From Asterias rubens (taxonomy: Eukaryota): a stretch of 64,000 nucleotides of DNA. This document shows positions 36,618 through 48,700 of the stretch, one piece after another (positions within the stretch are counted from its first letter, which is position 1; each line of letters opens with the position of its first letter). The notes below the pieces were generated by a model that was given only the letters and a program-made list of their open reading frames with translations, did not search any database and was not told where the DNA came from. The position numbers and the translations under genes are program-made. Where the stretch lies: positions 10,106,001-10,170,000 of the forward strand of contig NC_047082.1 of the NCBI RefSeq assembly GCF_902459465.1, read 5' to 3'.

Positions 36618-37661
36618 TTTTAATGTTTAGTAAAGGAGCTGATGTTTCAGAATTAGCAACTTTGAAGGTTTCAAATCGCACATTAATTTTGACTAAATTC
36701 AATCATTCCTATCCTTAAATTTGTAACAAACACATTATTCAACCAACTGGTGGACAATTTCATAGGAGGTCAAGTTTTTTTAGGAAAAATATTGTTAACC
36801 ACAAAAAAAGGAAACAACATTTTTTAAATATTGTGCCATGTTCGACGAGTTGATGATCGTGGTTCAACTTCATGGCTCTGCTTACCGCCGAATTCTGCTC
36901 TTACAAACACCATTTATGCGCTAACTGTGTTACTGCTAACGCGCACAAATTTGACGTAAGCATGGAAGAATTCCTTGCACATAATAGCATTCAAACTTGG
37001 CTATTCCCCAAAATAATTGTTATACTTGTATAAACATTATTCTCAACAATTGTTTTAAATATTATTTACCACAGGTTCAGGCGATGACCTCAAATAATGA
37101 GACGACATAATCAAAATCTTGAGGCTAATCAACGCTTTTTGGACTGTTTGCAACCATCCGAAGAAAGACTGTGTCAAGTCTACCCAGATGATTCTCTGCT
37201 ACAGTTCAACTCGTCAAGTGATATAGTGGTGTTGAGACCACATACAGTAACGTTTTTGGACTGTCGCCAACTGAAGAAAGACTAGCCGATAACTCTCTGC
37301 ATACAGGTCAATTACTGTTCAAGTGGTGTTGATGCTACATTTTGTAAGTTTGGAGTGCCGCCAACTGAAGAAAGACTGTGTCAAGTCTACCCAGACGACT
37401 TTCTGCTACAGTTCAACTCAAGTGATTTCATGTAGTAATGTTGATGCTACATTTTAGTTTGGATTGTCATACTAAAGAAAGACTGTGTTAAGTCTACTCA
37501 AAATGACTCTCTGCAAGTTCAGCTCAGTGCTCAAGAGATGAAGTGATCTCGATACCTTCATTGCAATTGACGGTCAACAAATGAACAAACACTGTCAATT
37601 CTCGCCGGATGAACTCCTACACAATGTTCAACTGATACAAGCTGGACCATTATGATAATCT

Positions 37662-37809
37662 AATGGGAGACTTTTTGGACGCTTGGTGGCAGCAGACTTA
37701 CCACGTAAAATCCATTGTCCTCGGTCATGTGCGCACGCTCAGAACTACGTAAACAATGTCAATTTACCTGGTAGGTCTGCTGCCACCTAGCGTCCCAAAG
37801 TCTCCCATT
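37662..37809. mobile_element. ~145-bp hairpin MITE family F (also 11563-11695, 19867-20000, 26315-26460, 34603-34745, partial 10790-10950, 48085-48185, 56510-56545)
   Basis: ~50-bp inverted arms aatgggagact..acgct(a/t)ggtggcagcagacttacc..ggta(a/g)gtctgctgccacctagcgtcccaaagtctcccatt. Confidence 0.75.
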
Positions 37810-37948
37810 CTGAGGTCTCGAAATCAAATTCGTGGAAAATTATTTCTCTCTCGAAAACTACGTTACTTCAGAGGAAGCCATTTCAAGTACCAAGTAAGGT
37901 TTTATGCTAATAATTATTTTGAGTAATTACCAATAGTGTCCACTGCCT
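37810..37948. mobile_element. MITE family A, half element
   Basis: Starts at the internal hairpin, ends GTGTCCACTGCCT|TTAA. Confidence 0.75.
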
Positions 37949-40347
37949 TTAAAGATGGTACATCTGAGAGGAGCTTTGTCGCCTTGATCAAAGAAGGCCT
38001 GTTGCATGGAATGTTATGCTTCCACACCCATAGACTGAGAGCTAATAAAAGGAAGCTTGCGCGCAATAACTGGTTGAATAATTTCCATGTACATGGAATC
38101 ACCTCCTTGGTTTTGAAATCACAAGCCTGCTTTGATCATGAACACACACAAAGCTCATTTAAGATAGTTATTTTCCCTAAATTTGTTTTAGAAATCACAG
38201 CTAGAAATACTCGTGTTTAATAAGTTTCAGTTAGAAAACAAATGCTCTACAGAATAATTTATTTGATGACGGTAGACAACCGGGAAAAAACTTCCCCAAC
38301 CTGGACCCAATTTCATAGTGCTGCAGCCATGCTTTTAAGCACACTATTAATAATCTAAGCAAAATAAAATGCTAATTAGAACAAAGTGAGCAGTTAAAAT
38401 ACAGTGTCACAAGTACATTTTTTGACTGGTATCCTGCTCATTATTGCTAAGCAGGGATTTAGGCAGTCTTAAAAAAAGCAGCTCTATGAAATTAGGCCCT
38501 GGTGTTGGACTTCCTTTTGTCTCAATTATGTTGTTTATAACTTGCAGGAGCTAGCAGGAGCAGGGCCCAATTTCATAGCACTGCCAAGCACAAACATTTG
38601 CTTAGCATGAAATTTCTTCCTTGTGAAAAACAAGATTACCAACCAAATGTCCATTTGCTGAAAATTTCTTGTTACTGGACTTGGCTATTATTGGCTTATC
38701 CGACGTGGAAACTTGGTTGGTAATCCTGTTTTTATCCAGGCAACAACTTCATGCTAAGCAAATTTTTGTGCTAAGCAGCTCTATGAAATTTGGCCCAGTT
38801 AGCTTGAAAACAAAGTCTATGCAAAAACTTTGCAAGCTATTTAGCCGTCGATTTCACCAAACTCTTCCTAACTTAGGATTAATCTTAGGACTTGGAACAT
38901 GTTCAGTTCCGTATCTAAATACGTAGGAGGCATTGAACCCATCCTAAGTTACTCGTCCTAACTCGAGTTAGGATTAATCCTAGCGTTTCCTGAAATCGGC
39001 TGCAGACCTTTTTGGCTAGTTCTTTTAATAGTTTCAGCAAGTTGGCGTAGGAACCAGACAGGGCGCAAAATGATGACGTGTTTACTTTAAAGACAATTTA
39101 GGATGCGTTCGTTTAGCTTCCCTGGGTCGACCCCGGTGTGTGGCGTTTTTTTTTTCCGGGACGTACGTGGGTAATTATCTGCACACGTTCGTCCTGGAAA
39201 AAAACAACCACCACCCACCGGGGTCGACCCAGGGAAGCTAAACGAACGCACCCTTAATAAACTACACTCTAAAAAATAGTGTTTAGAATTTCACCACATT
39301 TCTAAGCATCGGTAAATTTGTACCAACTTTTCCATATGTTTTGTGTGTTCGGATGCTATACAAACCACTTTGAGCAGGTTTCAAAATGATAAACATTTTC
39401 CTTTAAACATACATTATTTAAATTGGGCACAACATTAATTTTTAACAGTGTACCTTATATTCGCCCATCGTTTTGCGTCAGACTGTTGACTTATCATTAA
39501 TAATGTTTTAAAACAAACGACTAACGTTTTTACATTGAGGCTTTAAAAGTTCATGTATGAGTGATTACTGGAAACTAAGTAAGGTATATTACAAAATAAA
39601 TGATCACGTGATCAGGTGATTATTGTTGAGATGTTTACTTGGTGCTTTAATAAATGCGTCTGTTATTCATCACCTTATTCTAGGGTTATACCCTTGGCTT
39701 TTGAAACCGTTTGATTATTTTAATCCCTAGGTGGTCGAGTTTTTGATGATCTGAGATGAGACGCGCCGCGGTAATGCTTCTTATATTCAAATTGTTTGTG
39801 ATAACAAGTAAAACCTTGTGCGATGACCGTAGTATTTCTAAGTTAAAACTTTTCTCAAAATGTGTTACGCATAATATACAATAAAATTAACCCTATGACA
39901 TTTTGGTAGCGTCTTTCAGATTTCGCCGAAACTCGGGATGATGTGTCCCAGCAGGACGAATGATCCATTAAAGGAACCTATACCGCAGTAACACTTTAAA
40001 CACTCCAAGTTTGGTAGGTGGACAAGTCGTTAATGGTCCCACGCGGTGAGATTGTCGAGTTTTCACTGCTCTCGCGCGAGCTTCCGGTTGTCGACTTCTG
40101 TAGAAGTCGGGCAGCGCGCAGTAGTCGCTACGCTGCAACTCGACTATCTCACCGCGTGGGACCATAAACGACTTGTCCACAGGTCTAAAATTTGGGGGAT
40201 ACAAAGTATACATAACTGTAGTACTGCGAAGTGAATTTAAAATTCTCACAATGCAATTATACTGCTGCACTTCTTTCCACATAAATTTGTAGTGCCATTA
40301 TTTCAAGAGTCATTACCAAACGTATACACACAGACCCTTTTTCAGGA

Positions 40348-43300
40348 CTAATCTTTGCTTCTAATTTTCATCTCGGTATTTTTGAGTGAGTGGTTACCTG
40401 AAAAACCAGACCATATTATTCCTTGACCATAAGCAGCCTCATCGACGTATCTCCCGTTCAAATTGGACTCGAAGCAGCTCTTGTACCACCAGGCTCCGTG
40501 GTATTGCACGGCGCAGTTAGTGCTCCTGAAGGCATCGTTGTCTCGGTCTTTGGTCGTAAAGTCTTGGTTATTGTGGATTGCCAACGAGTCTCCTGAAACA
40601 AAATTGTTTCGTACAGAATTTAGGTATCTCAATGAAGTGTGGGCCTCCGCGGAAGTAATTTATCAAAATTGAGCAAGGGGAACTGGGAGAAGGGAATTAA
40701 AAACAATCACGAACTATTAATCAAGTTTTACTCTAAACTGAACCGTATGTCCATGGGCGATGGTTGTTATGCTAAAAAATGAGTTGATTCTTCTCCACGA
40801 GTTAACAACTTCTGAGATACACTTCTATTGCCCTTTTCAAATCCACGGCTTCGGCTTTATGCTCCGTTCTCTCGCCTGAAGCCCCGTCCTCAAGGCACGC
40901 GCAAAAACGTCAAAACAACCTGCGGGGCCAAGCTAGCATAAGCCGAATCTGGAGCTGAAGCCGTGGTGTTGAAAAGAGCCTATGAACGCATGTTTGTCAA
41001 CCAGTGATGAAGAATAGCGCCCTCTATAGTGCTGGTATCATTACACTTTACAACTTATTAGTCTTTCCTTGGGTCGGCATTACACCGATATCGAATACAC
41101 ATCGCGTCTAAATGGGGTAATTGTAACTGAAAATCCAGGAATTTTAAAAATTGAAACAATAATTCTGGCCCAAACGCTTTTGGTGGGAATTGCACATCTT
41201 CGTCTGACAACCAAACACCTATAAAAGGCAACGACTATAGTTGGTCGCACAATGCTTTTGTGTGAGCCTGAATGAGCCATGAACTCTTACTTGCAGTTCC
41301 CGTGTGAACCCCCAACGCCAACCTGTAGTTTTCACTCATATCAGCGATGCTGAACGAGTCATAGGCAGCATACGTGGATTCTTTACTGAAATCTGAGAGA
41401 TCTACGCGGAGTTCGTACTCGCCCTGAGCAGTCAGACGGTGCAAGTAGTCGTTACCGAGCCAAAACTCTCCCTCTAGATTCCCAAAGCCCCGGCTGTAGC
41501 TGGCAAAGTCCAAATAGAAATCAACACTGCCGTCCTGGCGCCGCTGGAAAACCTAAAGGGAGAAACATAATATATCATTTTGAATATCAAGGTGTGTTCA
41601 CTTGCCTGAACATCTGACGTCACACTTCGGGGCTCGTGATGAGAGGATAACGCCAGAGAGTGTTCTTTTGTTTTTACCATAGGTCAATCTCTGTCCAGTC
41701 ATCTTCACCTAGATTCATTTCACATGGAGATACGCAGTAAAATTCTACACCAACATTTAAATTTAAGTACATGTTTCCAATCTGTGTTTTGATTGGTCCG
41801 AGGTGATGTTTGTAAGCTGCACCCACATCACCTCCGACCAATCAAAACACAGCTACGGAAAGCTCTTGGCACTGCACGTTTTATCCAATGAAATCAATTT
41901 ATCCAATGAAATCAGTGGTTCTAAAAAGCAACCTGTCTTCAGGGGACCATTCTATGTCACGTGTGTACAAACGATACGCCTCTCTTAATACTTATGCATG
42001 ACGTCATAATTCCTACCCAAAATGAGGCTATGGGCGCACGTTTCCCATCACTTGCAGTGGCTGCGCACATCGCCTCGTTTTGAGTTAGCATTGTGACGTA
42101 CCTCATGCATAAATAGTAAGAGAGGCGTATATTCATTCATTTTTATTGTAAAAAAAAATTGACATTAAATTTTCCCCCGCTTTTTTTCTTCAAAATTTGC
42201 ATTGTCTTACCGTCCAGCCTCCGCCGTCCGTCTCCATGTCACAGAACACTCTGAATGGTTTACCAGAGTCCATTGGCTTGACTGTGTACACGCCACTCAC
42301 CGTTACGCCCATGGCAAGAATATCAGAGCAATCTTTAGGTAGGCCTACCCACTGGAACAGTAAATATCCTGTGTATGTGTAAGATACAAATTAATTTCAC
42401 GAAAGTATGGACGAGAATATAATCTTCCAGTAAAAATCACTTCTCATACGTTGCTTTTTTGTTTAGTATTAAACTCAGGGAAACTAACTGAGTAATTTTA
42501 TAATTAAAGGCAGTGGACACTATTGGTAATTGTCAAAGACAAGTCTTCACAGTTAGTGTATCTCAACATAATGGGCATAAAATAACAAACCTGTGAAAAT
42601 TTGAGCTTAATCGGTCATCGAAATAATGAAAGAAAAAACACCTTGTCACACAAAGTTGTGTGCGTTTGGATGGTTGATTTCGAGACCTCAAGTTCTAAAT
42701 CTGAGGTATCGAAATCAAATTCATGGAAAATTACTTCTTTCTCGAAAACTATGGCACTTCAAAGGGAGCCATTTCTCACAATGATTTATACCATTAACCT
42801 CTCCTCATTACTCGTCACCAAGAAAGGTTTTATGCTGATAATAATTTTGAGTAATTACCAATAGTGTCCACTGCCTTTAATAGTTTTGAGTTTGGACAAA
42901 GACAAATTGACTTGGGCGGAACTTGAAGATACGACCTCCGGATTAACGTATATTGTCAAAGTCAAGTATTCTCACTTGAATGGTGTATATCCCAACATAA
43001 TGCATCAAGATGAAACATCTATGAAAACTTGGGCTTAGTTGGTCATCGAAGTTGCAAGAAAATAAAAATAAAAAACACCTTTGTTGCACAATATCAAAAC
43101 GTGTGCTGTCAGTTGCCTAAAAAGGGTTTGAGGTGTGGTATTTTATAAATATACCTCCCTTCAGAGGGAGCCATTTCTCACAAAGTTGTATGAACACTCT
43201 CCAATGCTCGTTACCTAAGTAACTTTTTATATAAGTGTCCTCACAAGCCGAAGTTGAAGGTTTTTTTACGGAAGAAAAATACTGAAACCTACCATTTAGA

Positions 43301-43620
43301 AGTTTCGTTAACGCAGATACAGACTCCTGGAGATCATCCACCTTACGCTCCATCACTCCCATCTGACGTTTTGTATCGTCTAAATCTGTAGAAACCGTTT
43401 CTTGGTTATCGTTCACAGAAAATTCGAGTTCTCTCACGTGGTCGTTCGTCTTTCTTAGTTCAACGTTAACCATGGTTAGATAGTTTGTTAGTACAGTCTT
43501 CAACATGTCTACCTTCAAATCAGAAGAAATCGTTTTTTGATTGGTGGCAGATTCAACTTGCAGTTCAGTTTGTAACTTAACGATCAGAACAACCAAAAGT
43601 GCACGAATAAGCGGCGCCAT
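40348..43620 (-). CDS. Fibrinogen-related domain protein (FReD) with N-terminal coiled coil (angiopoietin/ficolin/MFAP4-like)
   Basis: Exons 43620-43293, 42368-42211, 41552-41291, 40592-40348 join in frame. Motifs [21 protein letters not shown]|[53 protein letters not shown]; signal peptide [14 protein letters not shown]. Confidence 0.92.
42508..42876. mobile_element. MITE family A in FReD intron 1
   Basis: Perfect TIR AGGCAGTGGACACTATTGGTAATT, TTAA on both sides. Confidence 0.92.
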
Positions 43621-43767
43621 TTTGTTCAATTATATACGTGACTTCCTTTCCTTCTGATATATCGAGAGGACTAGTGTTTACATGATAATGAGCAAAAGCA
43701 TGTCTGTAAACCATTTATATTTCAATAATAGGTACACACGATTCAAGTTTGTTTTTCTTCCGGTTAA

Positions 43768-44131
43768 AGGCACTGGCCACTATTGGTAATTACTCAAAAT
43801 AATTGTCAGCATAAAAATTATTTGGTAACAAGCAATGGAGAGCTTCTGATAGTATAACACATTGTGAGAAACAGCTTTCTCTGAAGTAACGCAGTTTTCG
43901 TAATTTTCGACGAATTTAATTTCGAGACCTCAGATTTAGATTTTGGGGGTCTCGAAATCAAGCATCTAAAAGCACACAACTTTGTGTGATAAGGGTGTTT
44001 TTTCTTGTCATTACTATCTCGCAACTTCGACGACCAGTTGAGTTCACATTTTCACAGGTTTGTTTTTTTGTGCATGTGTTGAGAAGTGAAAAAGACTGGT
44101 CTTTGGCAACAACCAAAGGTGTACAGTGCCT
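43768..44131. mobile_element. MITE family A, ~150 bp upstream of the FReD start
   Basis: TTAA|AGGCACTG...CAGTGCCT|TTAA. Confidence 0.85.
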
Positions 44132-45782
44132 TTAAGCTATCAGTCGACGTGGTTTCCCCCATGGGATATTTTGATAGAAACGGAAGAGAGCGATTGAGTC
44201 AGGAAATAGGTGGGAGCATCGTCCTCAAACATAAACATGGAAGAAATAGCTTAGCAAAAAAAATGTTTAATCAGCATGCAGATGAAAGACTAAGAAATTC
44301 ATTTACAGAAAAACCTATTCATTGCATTTTTACACAGCCACAACAGGGATACGCCTACATTTCTTTAGTTTGAATGATCTCTATAAAACAATATGTTTTT
44401 GTGTCTATGATAAATAAAAAGTGCTTGAGTTTGTCGAATACAAGCCACAACTGGGATACACCTATATTTTAGTTTGAAAACCACCAATGATGTAAGCACT
44501 AATGTTATCTCTATAGACCTTATCGCAAATACCAATGCGCAAGCGCATACTGTTGAAAGAGGTGCATTGTGGGATAGATATGGATCAAATTTGGATACCA
44601 GCTAGACCACAATGCACCTAATTCCAAGCTTTACGCGCGCGCCCCAGTATTTGCGAAAAGGTCTATAATGTTTTTGTGTCTATGATGAATAAAAAGTGCT
44701 TGATTGTCGAATACAAGATCTGCAGAGAGTTACTCTGAGTCATCTGTTGTTCATCTCAATGCAATAGCAAAACTTCTTTTCATGAACGAACATTATTTTT
44801 GCCGTGGAATAAAGGTTTAATACTAAATTGATTTGAATGGCGCATTAGGTGAGTGGATTGCCCATAGCCATATTATAGCCCTAAGCATCTATAAGTTTCA
44901 CTTCCTGGTTGATTGTTAAGTGGTGTCAATTTGTTTGTATAAGAACTTATTCAACCTGGCTCTTGCAAGCTAGATATTAGAGTCGGGTGCGCATATACTT
45001 TTTGTCAAGGCCTTCATGGGTTGGAAAGCCGCTATCCCAAGTGACTGGATTGGGAGAAGGTAGGTCGTTCACACGGGACGGCAGTCCCGTCTGAGAGTTA
45101 TCGCCTTTTCAAATTGCATTAAAAAAAGTTTGTTCATAATTCCTGACATAGCCTTGGTTCAAGAATCTCCTGGATTTGCCACAAGAGGGCGCGCTATCAC
45201 CCCGACGCTCTATCAACCACAACCGTTATCGCCCCGAGAAACAAGACTAAAAAAAATTAAAAATACTAATAAATAAATGAAAACGATTTTTAGTAATTAA
45301 TTACCCTCGCTCTACTAACACACGAGTTTTTTGTCAACCAATTATTATTTTCTTATTTGAAAAATCCTCACACTGCCGGTACTATAACAGCCGTCGGTTA
45401 TAACTACACATAGAACAGTCGCTGGTTTAAATTGTGTTTGATGTGGTCTTTTTCGAGCATAAAAACTGTCCGGGTAGCCGAACTATGCTTTGTCTTTCTC
45501 AAAATCTTGCAGCAATCGCTGTCAAAAGCTGGTCATCATATAATTATTGCCAATAAAAATATCTTTAGCTGGCTATAGGAGTATAGGCCCCTAACACTTT
45601 CTAAAAATGCAAAAACTAGTTAATGGAGGCTAAATGCCTTTCTAAAAATAATAACATAATATTACGTTGACTCGAAAGAGAGACTATCCCAAACCTTACC
45701 AGATCTGCGCATGCTCAGTAGCCGCACGGGGGATTTTCAAAACACTTTCACTGCATGTCAAAATCGACAGGGTGCCTACAAA

Positions 45783-48700
45783 ATGGCTCCAAATTCATCG
45801 GGAAATGTGGTCGACACAGCCAATGAATCGCCTGTCCGAATCGAAATGAATGATCTTGACGAAACTCTCCCACCATGTCGTGAATGTGAGAGACATTTCT
45901 TCGCTCGTAACAGCACTTTCAACGTGTTTGATGCAGCGGTTGTTCTAATTTCTATGCTCACATTTGCTGCGGACATTGTGACAGGTACGTGCTTTGGATT
46001 TTTTGTGTCGTGAATGTGACTGTGTGTGTGGGTGATAAGTGTTTAAATATCATGCTGAAACTATTCTTTTGCCTTTTTGAACTCCCTTGTAAAGTTCTAG
46101 AGGAGTAGTGCTACTGTAATGTTATTCTGTCTGTGTTATACAAAATGAAACTTACTAATAATAGTTAAATTTTAGGTTTAGACTGTGAAAAGATGAGCAG
46201 ATTTAATTAACAAATAATAAACTTAGTTTGTAAATGCTACTTCTAGAAACTATAATCAAGGCTCACGGGGGAGCCTTAGTTTCTAGAAGTAGGCCTATGC
46301 CAGGCATGCCAGGATCAGGACATGTTAATACGCAATACATAACAAAGAACAATGCAAATTTATGTGAACTCAGATTAGACCCAGTAACTGGGGCGCTATA
46401 GTGTATTCCTTTTTCGAAATTTTGACATTATCGGCCATTTGCCGATAATGTAAAAATTTCAAAAAGGAATACAGCGCCCCAGTTACTGGGTCTAAACTCA
46501 GATGTGGACTATTTAGGTTGTCTGCCATACTCCTCTAGAATTATATGACTATTATAAGTTTGTGGAGACGATAGCGGAACAAACCTCTGCCACTAGCACT
46601 ACTTTAGAAACTGCAAGTAAGGTTCCCCCGTACGTAGTAGTACAGTAGTCTGCCACTAATTTATAACGGCAATTGCGACTGCTAGTATGAGCACTCACAG
46701 TTCAGGTTACTTTTGAATTAAGGCTTCCTGTGACTCCTTGAGCGGAAGCCCTAACTTTTAGTTTCTATCTAGAGAAGTATCCTGGGAGTTTCCCTCCTTA
46801 CCTAAGAACTAGTGTATGACCACTTTCAAGAAGACGGTAGTGGAACGAACCTCATCATAGTTCTACTTCTAAGACAGGTGAAACGTTGAATTCAGCATTA
46901 TAAGGTTTGTGATATGGCCCCTCTTATTTTTACTTTATTGTTTTTCTGTAGATGGTCTCGCCGCAAGCCAGTATTTCATTCATGGGGAGCCAGGTTGGGG
47001 ATGTCTGACGCTCGGCTTCACTCTAGCGCCCTCTATCATCATGCAAGTGTTTAGCATCCGCTGGTACCTGGCAGATGAAGATATGACGCGGTGGAGGTGG
47101 ATCTTCCACAGTTGCCTTCTTGGACCGTTAGAGAGGTTTGTAAGGCCGTGTCTGAAATAGTGACTTCAGCTACAGCTCTGGCTAGTCAATGTGTCTGCCT
47201 GTGTTAAAACTTAAAGGCAGTGGACACTATTGGTAATTGTCAAAGACCAGCCTTCACAGTGATCTCAACACATGCATAAAATAACAAACCTGTGAAAATT
47301 TGAGCTCAATCGGCCATCGAATTTGCGAGATAATAATGAAAGAAAAAAACACCCTTGTCATACGAAGTTGTGTGCGTTAAGATTGTTGATTTCGAGACCT
47401 CAAGTTCTAAATCTGAGGTCTCAAAATCAAATGCGTGGAAAATTACTTCTTTCTCGAAAACTATGGCACTTCAGAGGGAGCCGTTTCTTACAATGTTTTA
47501 TACCATCAACCTCTCCCAAATACTCGTCACCAAGAAAGGTTTTATGCTAATAATTATTTTGAGTAATTACCAATAGTGTCCACTGCCTTTAAAGAATAGG
47601 CAGACGCGGCAATCTAGCCGTAGCTGTAGCCGAAGTCATCATTTCGGACAAGGCCTCATTCTCACAGTCACAACACATCTAAAGCTTTCTTCATACTTCC
47701 TGCGAATGAAATGCAATACAAATGGGCGTCACAAATTTGCAACGAATAGTGACAAAGTACACAAATGAATTCCCTGTCCGCCCCCACCCAAACCGAGAAA
47801 TGCACTTCTTTCAGACTAAAGGTGATTAATCTTAATTGTTTTTGAAATTAATCTGTTAGATACGTCACAGTCTTTGAGACGGGACTGGAGGCACGACGGA
47901 GTAAAGACCCAATAGACTTCGAACGTTTACATCATCAGCAGAGTGATGTGAGCATGCTCCGTCTGTTTGAAGCCTTCTTGGAGTCCGCCCCACAAATTGT
48001 TCTTCAACTCTACATTATGGTCGCCACCAACGATGAGAACTTGTTTACAGGTGAGAAGAGAAGATAGACTAGTCTTCTGATTGTAAATCCATTGTTCTCA
48101 GAATTATGCGCATGTTCAGAACTACGTAAACAATGGAAATTTACCCGATATGTCTGCTGCCACCTAGCGTTGGAAAGTCTCCTATTGGGAATGCTAATTA
48201 TCCATACTGGGAACTGAGAAGCTGAGTTACAACGGACCTTACTACAATGTGGTCAAGCTGCAGACATGTAAAGTCCAACTGTTCACTCGTTAAATTTGAA
48301 TTCCTTGGACTGAAGAGACTGTTGGTATTTCATATATTTTGGGGCAAGTTTTGCGTATTCATGTAAGAGATGGAGATGGTTTAATGGTACTAGGGTTTGC
48401 TCATCTGGAGGTTGCTAAACAAAAGCTTGCCCCGAACTTTAGGTGTAATTTGTGACAACACAAGTCGGTGTACCAGACCTTTTTCATACTTGCAATTGAC
48501 TTTAATTTCAGAAAACTCCACGTTCTTTCTCCACGGTTTACCAAATCTCTCTTTTTTACATTTAAATACAGGCGTATCAGGCATGGTGTCACTTTTCTCC
48601 CTCTGTTGGGCTGTGGTGGCGTACAGTCGCGCCCATCGCCGTGTCCGCACAGACAAGAAAGTCGTGTCGTGGCCAGGTGTCGTCTTGCAGACGATATGGC

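Larger units (their letters stand above)
33480..37650 (+). ncRNA. Candidate spliced non-coding (or micropeptide) transcript with duplicated exon modules
   Basis: Series of GC-richer blocks bounded by AG/GTAAGT-type sites (34800-34902, 35288-35369, 36098-36222, from 37075) with no long joined ORF; acceptor tattatttaccacag occurs three times. Confidence 0.3.

Noticed and set aside
43117-43292. ORF-track extension of FReD exon 1 ([10 protein letters not shown]...)
   Set aside because: Intron read-through past the AATG|gtaggt donor at 43292
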